Part shown: one piece after another, positions 9,366 to 18,090 of the stretch | Position numbering within the stretch: position 1 is the stretch's first letter | Layout: every line of letters starts with the position of its first letter | Assembly: GCA_963766735.1 (NCBI GenBank) | Contig: CAVYBU010000027.1 | Location: 59,363 to 123,362 of the forward strand | Source: an uncultured Chloroflexia bacterium | GTDB taxonomy: Bacteria; Chloroflexota; Limnocylindria; Limnocylindrales; CSP1-4 | DNA length: 64,000 nucleotides | Reading direction: 5' to 3' | Notes under the pieces: generated by a model | The model's input: only the letters and a program-made list of their open reading frames with translations | What the model was told of the DNA's origin: nothing | Databases searched by the model: none | Position numbers and translations under genes: made by a program

Positions 9366-10253
9366 GTGCGCATCGTCTCCCTTCTCCCCGCCGCCACCGA
9401 GATCCTGTTCGAGCTTGGGCTGAGCGGCGAGCTGACCGGCGTCACAGATGCCTGCACGTTCCCGCCGGAGGCCCGGCTCCTGCCCCGCGTCGCGACGACC
9501 ACGGCGGATCCTCGCGACCCGACCGCCGCCGGGCCGCGCCTGGTCCTCGATGACGCGGCGCTGGTCGTCGCCGGGCCCGACCTCGTCATCGCGGGTGGCG
9601 CGTCCGGCCCTGGGGCAATCGGCTACCGCGATGCCGGCGATGCCGTGGCCCGGCTGGGGCTCGAAGCCGAGGTGATCCGCCTCGACCCGACGTCGGTCGA
9701 AGGCGTGCTGAACGCAATCCAGGCGGTCGGTGCCATGACCGAGACGGAGGACGAGGCGATGGACGTCGCCCTCGGCCTGCGGGAGCGGCTGCACGCGCTC
9801 GAGAGGATCGTCATCGGGCGACGGGAGCACGGATTCGTCCCGCCGAGGGTCATCGTGCTCGAGGGCCTCGAGCCGCCGGTTGCCGTGGGCAGGTGGGTCC
9901 CGGAGCAGGTCCGACTGGCGGGTGGCTGGGAGCTGCTGGGCCGCGAGGGCGAGATGCCCGCCCCGACGGCGTGGGACGCCATCTGCGAGATGGAGCCCGA
10001 GGTCCTGGTCATCGCACCACGCGGCCTGGACCTGGCCGCGACCCGCGAGGCGTGGGAGCGGCTGCCTCGCCCGGCCGGCTGGAACGCGCTGCCGGCGGTC
10101 AGCGCCGGCCGGGTCTTCGCCGTGGACGGTCCCGCGTGCTTCGACCATGCGGGGCCGCGCGTCGTCGACGGCGTGGAGGTGCTGGCGGAGCTGATCGACC
10201 CCGTCGCGTTCGACGGCATGGCGCCGCCCCGGACGTGGGACCGGCTGGCCTGA
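9366..10253 (+). CDS. BtuF/iron-siderophore-type ABC substrate-binding family protein (no signal peptide)
   Basis: MRIVSLLPAATEILFELG, GRWVPEQVRLAGG, GPRVVDGVE; TAGACT -10-like hexamer 6 nt before GTG 9366. Confidence 0.8.
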   Translation: MRIVSLLPAATEILFELGLSGELTGVTDACTFPPEARLLPRVATTTADPRDPTAAGPRLVLDDAALVVAGPDLVIAGGASGPGAIGYRDAGDAVARLGLEAEVIRLDPTSVEGVLNAIQAVGAMTETEDEAMDVALGLRERLHALERIVIGRREHGFVPPRVIVLEGLEPPVAVGRWVPEQVRLAGGWELLGREGEMPAPTAWDAICEMEPEVLVIAPRGLDLAATREAWERLPRPAGWNALPAVSAGRVFAVDGPACFDHAGPRVVDGVEVLAELIDPVAFDGMAPPRTWDRLA

Positions 10254-10272
10254 CTCCGAGCCTGCACCGACC

Positions 10273-11097
10273 ATGCCCTTCCGCGCGACCTTTGACTGCC
10301 TCTGGTGCGGTGATTCGTGGACGGCCCGTGGACCCGGTGATCTCGAGGGATGGGCCCTTCTCTGCCCGGCCTGTCTCGGTCGCGCGGGCACCAACGCGTT
10401 CCTCCGGGGGCGCCTGCGAATCGGGCTGACCGAGCGCGCCGCCAGCGGCCCCGTGGGCGCGAATCGAGTCGATCCTCCCGTTGAACCCCGCTCCGCGAGC
10501 CTCCCGCATCAGCCTGCCTTCCCCGACGACTGGTTCCTCCGACGCGGCACCTTCGAGCGCGGCGCCATTCACGACACGGCATGGGCCGCCGAGATCGACA
10601 TGGTCACCCGCTGGCTGGATGAGCTACCGCCCGCCGCGCGGATCGCGGAACCGGCAGCGGGGGTCGGGTTCTTCTCGCCGCTCCTGGCCGGGCGCGGCGA
10701 GCTCCACGCCTCCGATCCGGACGGGGGCGCGCTGGACAGGGCCCGGGAGCGGCTCGTGGCCCATCGGCTGCTGGCGCACCTGCACGTCGCCGACCCGTGG
10801 GCAGTCCCGGCGGGGGAGCCCGTGGACCAGGTGGTCGCCGCGTTCCTGCTCGGGCGGGTGCGGGGCGCGGGCCTGGACGCCGCCGCATCGTCACTGCGCG
10901 CACGCCTCCGGCCCGGCGGAACGCTGGCGATCATCGAGCTGCGACGCGACCCGGCGGGTGGCCCGCCAGCGGGGATCGCCTGGTCCTGGCGAGAGCCCGA
11001 CGTCCTGGAGGCCACGCTTGCGCGCGCGGGCTTCGAGTCGCTGCGGAGCACCCAGACGGGGCGCTTCTTCCTGCTCATCACCGCCGTCGCCGCCTGA
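10273..11097 (+). CDS. Class I SAM-dependent methyltransferase-like protein with N-terminal Zn ribbon
   Basis: CLWC..CPAC N-terminus; IAEPAAGVG motif-I-like; LRPGG motif. Confidence 0.7.
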   Translation: MPFRATFDCLWCGDSWTARGPGDLEGWALLCPACLGRAGTNAFLRGRLRIGLTERAASGPVGANRVDPPVEPRSASLPHQPAFPDDWFLRRGTFERGAIHDTAWAAEIDMVTRWLDELPPAARIAEPAAGVGFFSPLLAGRGELHASDPDGGALDRARERLVAHRLLAHLHVADPWAVPAGEPVDQVVAAFLLGRVRGAGLDAAASSLRARLRPGGTLAIIELRRDPAGGPPAGIAWSWREPDVLEATLARAGFESLRSTQTGRFFLLITAVAA

Positions 11098-11144
11098 GCG
11101 TCGACCGCTGGGCCACGTAGGCCCGGTGCTATCCTCCGGCCGAT

Positions 11145-12026
11145 ATGTCTCCCCTCTCGAGCGCCACCATCGCGACCGTTGGTTCGGGGGTCATGGCCGA
11201 GGCCATGGTCGCCGGGCTCCTGCGCGGCAGCCTCGTCACGCCAGACCAGGTGGTCGCCAGCCACCCGCGCGCGGAGCGCCGGGCAGCCCTCGAGGCCACC
11301 CACGGGATCCGCGTCGTCGTCTCCAACACGGAGGCCGTGATCGGCGCGGACGTCGTCATCCTCGCCGTCAAGCCGCAGACGCTCGCCAAGGTCGGGCGGG
11401 AGATCGGCCCTGCCCTCCAGCCCGGCCAGCTGGTCCTCTCGGTCCTTGCCGGACCCACGACCAGGGCCCTGGTCGCCACGCTGGGCCACGATCAGGTCGT
11501 GCGGGCCATGCCCAACACGCCGGCCCGCATCGGCAGCGGCATGACGGTCTGGTACGCGACGCCCGCCACCACCGCGGCCCAGCGCTCGCAGGCGAAGACC
11601 CTGCTGGGCGCGCTGGGTGCGGAGCTGGAGGTCGAGGACGAGAAGTGGGTCGCGATGGCGACCGCGGTCTCGGGCACCGGCCCCGCCTACGTGTTCCTCG
11701 TGATGGAGGCCATGATCGACGCGGCCGTCCACCTGGGCTTCCCGCGCCACATTGCCCACGACATCGTCATCGAGACCCTCGAAGGCAGCACCCGCTTCGC
11801 GAAGCAGTCCGGCGACCATCCGGCAGTGCTCCGGAACATGGTCACCAGCCCGGCCGGCACCAGCGCCGCCGCGATCCATGAGCTGGAGTCCGGCCGCCTG
11901 CGCACGGTGCTGTCGGAGGCCGTCTGGGCCGCGTACCGCCGCACGGTCGAGCTGGGCGACGAGCTCGACGAGCAGGTCGGCGCCGCCCCGGCGAAGCACG
12001 CCAACGTGGACCGTTCGCCCCGCTGA
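11145..12026 (+). CDS. proC: Pyrroline-5-carboxylate reductase
   Basis: GSGVMAEA, LAVKPQ, RAMPNTP, SGTGPAY, VTSPAGT. Confidence 0.95.
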   Translation: MSPLSSATIATVGSGVMAEAMVAGLLRGSLVTPDQVVASHPRAERRAALEATHGIRVVVSNTEAVIGADVVILAVKPQTLAKVGREIGPALQPGQLVLSVLAGPTTRALVATLGHDQVVRAMPNTPARIGSGMTVWYATPATTAAQRSQAKTLLGALGAELEVEDEKWVAMATAVSGTGPAYVFLVMEAMIDAAVHLGFPRHIAHDIVIETLEGSTRFAKQSGDHPAVLRNMVTSPAGTSAAAIHELESGRLRTVLSEAVWAAYRRTVELGDELDEQVGAAPAKHANVDRSPR

Positions 12027-12316
12027 GCCCGGACCCGCGCGTTGTGCCACGCTGCGTGGGGCCCGAGAACGCCGCGCGACGGCGAAACGGGCACCTCACG
12101 TAGAGGCAATCGCGAACCCCAGCTTCAGGCACGATCCCCACCCGGGTGCCGACCGGCCCCTCAGCTGGCGACCGAGGCTCCCGGTCGCGGAGGCGCGGCC
12201 GCGCTATCCTCGCGCAACAGGCGGCGCCCCCTCGCCGGGTTCGACGCCGCCTGCGATCCGACGTCCCGTGCGGAAAACCCCTGGGCCTGCCAACCCTCCA
12301 CCACACCGAGGCCTCG

Positions 12317-13294
12317 ATGCCCGACCGATCTGCCTCCGGCGACATCGCCGAACGCGCAATGCGTACCGCGCTCCTGGCGCTCTCCCGCCGCAAGTCGCTC
12401 GGCCGGCTCGCCACGCGCGTGCCGGTCACCCGCCCGATGGTTCGCCGGTTCGTGGCCGGCGAGTCGCTCGAGGAGGTCATGCCCGCGATCGGGCGCCTGC
12501 GCGACGCAGGGATGGGCACGACGGTGGACGTCCTGGGCGAATCCGTGACCGCGGAGGAGGACGCTCGTGCGGCTGCCGGCCGCTACCTCGACGTGCTGGA
12601 CGCTCTCGCCGCCGGCGGGCTGGATCGCAACGTCTCGCTCAAGCCCAGCCAGATGGGGCTCGCAATCGACCCGGCGCTGGCTCGCGAGAACATCGCCGCG
12701 ATCGTGGCAAGGGCCGTGGAGACGGCGGCCTTCGTCCGGATCGACATGGAGGACCACACCACCACCGATGCCACGCTGGGGCTCTGGCGGGACCTGCGCC
12801 CGACGGGCTGGGCTGACGGCGGCGCGGATGTCGGGCTGGTGATCCAGTCGGCGCTGCGCCGGAGCGACGCGGACATCGAGGCGATCATCGAGGCCGGCGG
12901 GCGCGTGCGGCTGTGCAAGGGCGCCTACAGGGAGCCTGCCGCCGTCGCCTGGCAGGACAAGGCCGAGGTGGACGAGGCGTACGAGCGCCAGATGCTCCGC
13001 CTCATGCGCGCGGGTCGCTACCCGGCCCTCGCCACGCACGATGTCCGCCTGATCAAGCGTGCGGTCGGTGTCGCGACAGCCGAGGGCATCGCCCGGGACT
13101 CATTCGAGTTCCAGATGCTCTATGGCGTGCGGCGGGACCTGCAGGAGCAACTGGCCGGCGCGGGCTGGCGGGTCCGCGTGTACGTCCCGTTCGGCGGACA
13201 GTGGTACCCGTACTTCATGCGCCGCCTTGCCGAGCGCCCCGCAAATGTGTCGTTTCTGCTCCGGAACATGTGGCGGGAGCGCGGTCGAGGCTGA
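12317..13294 (+). CDS. Monofunctional proline dehydrogenase
   Basis: RRFVAGE, RIDMED, VRLCKGAY, ATHD, EFQMLYG, YFMRRLAERPAN. Confidence 0.93.
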   Translation: MPDRSASGDIAERAMRTALLALSRRKSLGRLATRVPVTRPMVRRFVAGESLEEVMPAIGRLRDAGMGTTVDVLGESVTAEEDARAAAGRYLDVLDALAAGGLDRNVSLKPSQMGLAIDPALARENIAAIVARAVETAAFVRIDMEDHTTTDATLGLWRDLRPTGWADGGADVGLVIQSALRRSDADIEAIIEAGGRVRLCKGAYREPAAVAWQDKAEVDEAYERQMLRLMRAGRYPALATHDVRLIKRAVGVATAEGIARDSFEFQMLYGVRRDLQEQLAGAGWRVRVYVPFGGQWYPYFMRRLAERPANVSFLLRNMWRERGRG

Positions 13295-13410
13295 GGGCGG
13301 CCGCCCCTATTCGCCAGCGGCGCTGACGGCGGCCGGCACTGACCGCAGCGCAACCTGTGAGGTGGGCGAGTGAGGTGGACGAGGACCGCCCGGGATCGCC
13401 GGGAATCCAA

Positions 13411-13436
13411 GAGCCGCCGGGATACTCCGGCGGCTC
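13411..13436 (-). terminator. Hairpin downstream of GAKRW peptide 2 (between convergent genes)
   Basis: GAGCCGCCGG-GATACT-CCGGCGGCTC, perfect 10-bp stem, followed by TTGGATT on the minus strand. Confidence 0.65.
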
Positions 13437-13469
13437 AGGCCTTGGCGGTGGACAGGCAGGGAGTGCCTG

Positions 13470-13565
13470 CTACCAGCGCTTGGCTCCGTCGAGCATGAAG
13501 CCGAAGGCGGCGATCATGCCCATGAAGATCGTGGCCCGCTGAGCGTACGACTTGAGCGTTGTCAT
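13470..13565 (-). CDS. Small hydrophobic peptide, 31 aa, MTTLKSYAQRATIFMGMIAAFGFMLDGAKRW (GAKRW peptide 2)
   Basis: C-terminal part of ORF 13470..13706; GAGG upstream of ATG 13565; GC-ending codons; followed by a terminator-like hairpin. Confidence 0.75.
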   Translation of the reverse strand: MTTLKSYAQRATIFMGMIAAFGFMLDGAKRW

Positions 13566-13638
13566 GGTCGTCGTCCTCGTCTCGTACCGGCGAGGGTTCC
13601 ATCGCTCGCCTAGTGGACTGCGAACGTAGCCCCGTGTA

Positions 13639-13692
13639 GCCATTCTCCGGAATAGCCCGTTGGTACTGGTACCCCTCCGCCTTAAGGTGGAG
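13639..13692. promoter_or_regulatory. Two 18-bp quasi-palindromes between peptide 2 and the aldolase gene
   Basis: GCCATTC-TCCG-GAATAGC (13639-13656) and CTCCGCC-TTAA-GGTGGAG (13675-13692). Confidence 0.5.
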
Positions 13693-13779
13693 TTGCCGGG
13701 TCGCACCGGCCATCCCGGCGGGCCGGAACCCGTCCCTCGTCGTCCGAACCGGCGGTCCGCGATGCGGCATCATCTGCAC

Positions 13780-14580
13780 ATGACGAACCTGACCGCTCCC
13801 GCGGCGTTGCCGCCCCGCTCCGACCTCCGGCGCCGCGTGCTGGCCGGAGAGCCGACCATCGGCCTGTTCATCAACCTCGGCTCGGCCGTGTCCGCCGAGA
13901 TCGTCGCGCGCGCCGGCTACGACTGGACCGTGGTGGACCTGGAGCACGGCGCCGGCACGGAGGCGGAGCTCCTCCAGCAGCTGCTGGCGATCCAGGCCAC
14001 GCCGACGTCGGCGGTCGTGCGGGTCGTCTCGGCGGAGCGCATGCGCGTCGGGCGCATCCTCGATCTTGGCGCCGATGGGCTCATGATCCCTCGGCTCGAG
14101 ACGCTGGGCGACGTGACGGACACCGTCTCGTGGATGCGCTACCCGCCGGTCGGGATCCGCGGTGTCGCGACCGGCACGCGTGGGGCCGGCTACGCCACGG
14201 TGTCCCATCAGGAGGTCCACACCCTGAACGAGCGGATCCTCGGGGTGTTCCAGGTGGAGTCGCCGGCCGCGGTGGAAGCCGCCGACGAGCTCGCCGCCAT
14301 CGACGGCGTGGACGTCCTGTTCGTTGGGCCCGCCGACCTGTCGCACTCGATGGGAATCCCCGGCGCCTTCGACAACCCGGCGTTCACGGCGGCCCTGGAC
14401 AGCGTCGCCGCCGCGGCGAGCGCCCATGGCAAGGCCGCGGGGATCCTGCTCCGCGACGCATCGGAGGTACCCGCGTACCGGGCCCGCGGCTACGGCTTCA
14501 TCGGCATCGGATCGGACTCCGGGATGGTGATGTCCGGGGCACGGATGGAGCTGGCGGCCGCGCGGGCCGCGCTCACCTGA
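13780..14580 (+). CDS. HpcH/HpaI aldolase family protein
   Basis: VVDLEHG, LDLGADG, RYPPVGIRG, QVES, LFVGPADLS. Confidence 0.92.
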   Translation: MTNLTAPAALPPRSDLRRRVLAGEPTIGLFINLGSAVSAEIVARAGYDWTVVDLEHGAGTEAELLQQLLAIQATPTSAVVRVVSAERMRVGRILDLGADGLMIPRLETLGDVTDTVSWMRYPPVGIRGVATGTRGAGYATVSHQEVHTLNERILGVFQVESPAAVEAADELAAIDGVDVLFVGPADLSHSMGIPGAFDNPAFTAALDSVAAAASAHGKAAGILLRDASEVPAYRARGYGFIGIGSDSGMVMSGARMELAAARAALT

Positions 14581-14604
14581 CCCGGGACCCGATCCGCGTC
14601 GGCG

Positions 14605-15657
14605 CTACTCCTCGCCCAGCCGGACCATCGGCTGAGGGAGCGGCGGCTCATCGGGGTCGAACGCAACCTCGCCCTCGGAACCGGGCCGCGGTCGGCCGCG
14701 GGTCTGGGACAGCAGCACCCCCAGCAGGATCAGCGCCCCTCCCGCGAGCTGGACCGGCTGCAGGCGCTCGCCGAACAGCAGCGCCGCGGCCGCGATCGTC
14801 CAGAGTGGCTCGACCGTGGACACGAGCGATGCCTGGGCGGCACCGATCCGCTGGGCGCCCGCGTAGAAGGCCTGCATCGGCACGAACCCGGCGATCAGGG
14901 CGACGGCGATGATCCCGGGCCACGCCGCGCCCGGGATGTCGACCGGCAGCACGGGGTGGCCGACCGCGAGGTTGGCCGTCCAGTAGACAACGGCGGTCGA
15001 GGTGAGCATGACCGCCCCGATCACCGAGGTTGACGCCCCGTCGTCCGCCTCGTGGCCCGTGCGGTCGCTGCGCTCGCCCGAGTGGCGGGCAGCCATGATG
15101 ATCCACACCGAGTAGACCAGGGGCGAGGCGATGATCAGCAGCAGCCCCTCCAGGGGCGGGGCTGTTGCCGTGTCGATGCCTCCCACGGCCAGGGCGACGC
15201 CCAGCACCGCGATCGCAAGCGCGGACCAGGCGCGGCGACCCTCGAGCGGGCGGCCCAGGCGGAGAGCGAGGACCGCGACCACCGGCGGATAGATGTAGAT
15301 GATCAGCGCCGCCAGCCCGAGCGGGACGGTCGTGATCCCGGCGTAGTAGGTCGCCGAGTTGGTGACGTACCAGGCCCCGAGGCCGATGGAGACGAGCAGC
15401 GCCCGGCGAGGGAGCGCCCGCAGCGCGCGTCGCGACCGTGGCCGGGCCAGGAGCAGAGCCCAGGCGAGGACCGCGGCGATCCCGAACCGCCATGCCATGA
15501 GCGTGAACCAGTCGACCCCGGTGTCGTACACCGGCTGCGCGAAGAGCCCGCCGGAGCCGAACGCGATCGCGCTGACGACGACGAGCGCGATACCGGTGAG
15601 GCGGGCTCGGTCCACGGAGCCGAGGGTATCGGAGGCGGCGGGCGGCGGAGGCACCAC
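14605..15657 (-). CDS. EamA/DMT family transporter
   Basis: About 10 TM helices; IGAAQASLVSTVEPLWT..LFGERL; start uncertain. Confidence 0.88.
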   Translation of the reverse strand: MVPPPPAASDTLGSVDRARLTGIALVVVSAIAFGSGGLFAQPVYDTGVDWFTLMAWRFGIAAVLAWALLLARPRSRRALRALPRRALLVSIGLGAWYVTNSATYYAGITTVPLGLAALIIYIYPPVVAVLALRLGRPLEGRRAWSALAIAVLGVALAVGGIDTATAPPLEGLLLIIASPLVYSVWIIMAARHSGERSDRTGHEADDGASTSVIGAVMLTSTAVVYWTANLAVGHPVLPVDIPGAAWPGIIAVALIAGFVPMQAFYAGAQRIGAAQASLVSTVEPLWTIAAAALLFGERLQPVQLAGGALILLGVLLSQTRGRPRPGSEGEVAFDPDEPPLPQPMVRLGEE

Positions 15658-15709
15658 CTCGGCATGTCGCCCGGCCTGCCCGGTCGGTCCGCTGCGCTAC
15701 ACTTCCCCC

Positions 15710-16222
15710 GTGGCTACCATCACCGAGCGCGCCGTAGCAGCGCGTGTCCCCGCCCTCGTGGCAGAACCCCTCATGGTCGTCGGGCGCCGACACCCGGTCA
15801 CGGTCCAGCAGGGCACCTCGATCGCCCAGTGCCTGCTGGCCATCCAGCGCACCGGGACCGGTGACTCCGTGTTCGTGACGGATGCGGATGGCCACCTGAC
15901 CGGTGTCCTCACGGAGAACGATGTCTTCAGTCGCCTGGTGGGGCCGGACGTCGGGTACGGCGTGGATGTCGATGCGCCCGTCGAGGCTTTCATGACGACG
16001 AACCCCAACACCCTGCGCCTGGACCAGACGGTCCTGGACGCACTCGTGCTGATGCAGTCGGACCGGTATCGGAACGTCCCCGTCGTGGATGGCGATGGGC
16101 TCCTCGTCGGGGTCGTGCGCCAGATCGACATCCTCAAGTTCCTCGCGGAATCGTTCCCTGAAGAGCTGCTCAACCTCCCACCCCGACCACATCAGCGCAT
16201 GGAGCAGGCCGAAGGCGGATGA
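15710..16222 (+). CDS. CBS-domain pair protein
   Basis: GHLTGVLTEND, FMTTNPNTL, YRNVPVVD..LVGVV; stop overlaps korA start. Confidence 0.88.
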   Translation: MATITERAVAARVPALVAEPLMVVGRRHPVTVQQGTSIAQCLLAIQRTGTGDSVFVTDADGHLTGVLTENDVFSRLVGPDVGYGVDVDAPVEAFMTTNPNTLRLDQTVLDALVLMQSDRYRNVPVVDGDGLLVGVVRQIDILKFLAESFPEELLNLPPRPHQRMEQAEGG

Positions 16223-18090
16223 CGACGACACCTGAAGTGGTCGAGCGCGAGGTCCAGCTGCTCGATCGCGTCACCATCCGGTTCGCCGGTGACTCCGGTG
16301 ACGGCATGCAGCTCACGGGGACCCAGTTCACCAGGACCGCGGCCGTCTTCGGCAACGACGTCAGCACGTTCCCGGACTACCCGGCCGAGATCCGCGCGCC
16401 CGCCGGCTCGCTGCCCGGGGTCTCCGGGTTCCAGATCAGCTTCTCGGCGTCGGACATCCACACCCCGGGTGACATGCCGGACGTGCTGGTCGCGATGAAC
16501 CCGGCCGCGCTCAAGACGAACGTCGTGGACCTGCCCCCCGGGGGCGCCGCCATCGTCAACCTGGACGCGTTCACGCCCGCCAACCTGTCCAAGGCCGCGT
16601 ACGCCTCGAACCCGCTCACGGACGGGTCGCTCAAGGAATACAGGGTCTTCGAAGTCCCCATCTCCACCCTCAACTCGCGGGCGCTTGAGGGGCTGGAGAT
16701 GACCAGCAAGCAGGTCGACCTGACGAAGAACTTCTTCGCCCTGGGCCTGATGTTCTGGCTCTACGAGCGGTCGATGGAGCCGACCATCGAGTGGATCGCC
16801 ACGAAGTTCGCCAACCGGGCGATCATCGTGGAGGCCAACACGCGGGCGCTGAAGGCCGGCTACGCCTTCGGTGAGACCACGGAGATGTTCCACACCACCT
16901 ATCGGGTGCCGGCGGCCAAGCTCAGCCCCGGCACGTACCGGAACATCACCGGCAACGAGGCAACCGCTCTGGGCTTCCTCGCGGCGGCCAAGCTCGCCAA
17001 GCGGGACCTGTTCTACGGTTCCTACCCGATCACCCCCGCCTCGGACATCCTCCACCAGCTGGCGGGCTACAAGTCGTTCGGGGTCCGGAGCTTCCAGGCC
17101 GAGGACGAGATCGCCGCGATGGGCGCCACCATCGGCGCGGCCTACGGCGGGGCGCTCGCCCTCACGGGCACTTCGGGCCCCGGCATCGCGTTGAAGGCCG
17201 AGGCCATGGGCCTTGCGGTCATGACCGAGCTCCCGATGATCATCGTCAACGTCCAGCGCGCGGGTCCGTCCACGGGCCTGCCCACCAAGGTGGAGCAGGC
17301 GGATCTGCTGCAGGTCCTGTACGGACGGAACGGCGAGTCGCCGATGCCGGTCCTGGCGCCGGCCACGCCCGCCGACTGCTTCACGCTCGCCATCGAGGCC
17401 GCGCGCATCGCGCTCAAGTACATGACCCCGGTCGCCTACCTCTCGGACGCCTTCGTGGGCAACGGGGCCGAGCCGTGGCGGGTGCCGGACGTCAAGGACC
17501 TGCCGGACATTTCCATCCCGAACGCCGTGAAGGGGGATGGGACGTTCCTTCCGTACGGACGGGACCCGGAGACGCTGTCCCGCCCATGGGCCATCCCCGG
17601 CACCGCGGGTCTCGAGCACCGGATCGGCGGCCTCGAGAAGCTGGATGGCCTGGGCACCGTCAGCTACGACGCCGACAACCACCACCGGATGAGCACGTTG
17701 CGGGCGGCGAAGATCGCGGGCATCGCGAAGGACATCCCGCCCCTGGAGACGTTCGGGGCCGACGAGGGAGAGCTGCTCATCCTGGGCTGGGGCTCCACGT
17801 ACGGCGCGCTGCGCAGCGCGACCGAGCTCCTGGTGGCGCAGGGCAAGCCCGTCGCGCATGCGCACCTGCGGTACCTCAACCCGTTCCCGGCGAACACGGG
17901 CGAGGTCCTCAAGCGCTACAAGACCGTACTGGTGCCGGAGCTCAACCTCGGGCAGCTGTCGTTCGTGATCCGCGGCACCTTCCTGGTGGATGCCGTCAGC
18001 TATGGGCGGGTCCGCGGCAAGCCGTTCCGGATCGCCGAGATCGTCGCCGAGGCCGAGCGCCTCCTGGCGGCCCCCGGGGTGACCCGATGA
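16219..18090 (+). CDS. korA: 2-oxoacid:ferredoxin oxidoreductase alpha subunit
   Basis: RFAGDSGDGMQ, YPITPASD, QAEDE, TSGPG, QRAGPSTGLPTK. Confidence 0.95.
   Translation: MTTTPEVVEREVQLLDRVTIRFAGDSGDGMQLTGTQFTRTAAVFGNDVSTFPDYPAEIRAPAGSLPGVSGFQISFSASDIHTPGDMPDVLVAMNPAALKTNVVDLPPGGAAIVNLDAFTPANLSKAAYASNPLTDGSLKEYRVFEVPISTLNSRALEGLEMTSKQVDLTKNFFALGLMFWLYERSMEPTIEWIATKFANRAIIVEANTRALKAGYAFGETTEMFHTTYRVPAAKLSPGTYRNITGNEATALGFLAAAKLAKRDLFYGSYPITPASDILHQLAGYKSFGVRSFQAEDEIAAMGATIGAAYGGALALTGTSGPGIALKAEAMGLAVMTELPMIIVNVQRAGPSTGLPTKVEQADLLQVLYGRNGESPMPVLAPATPADCFTLAIEAARIALKYMTPVAYLSDAFVGNGAEPWRVPDVKDLPDISIPNAVKGDGTFLPYGRDPETLSRPWAIPGTAGLEHRIGGLEKLDGLGTVSYDADNHHRMSTLRAAKIAGIAKDIPPLETFGADEGELLILGWGSTYGALRSATELLVAQGKPVAHAHLRYLNPFPANTGEVLKRYKTVLVPELNLGQLSFVIRGTFLVDAVSYGRVRGKPFRIAEIVAEAERLLAAPGVTR

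Noticed and set aside
12270-12300. SAM-IV riboswitch-like CAACCCTCC
   Set aside because: Only a short partial match; the other conserved elements are missing
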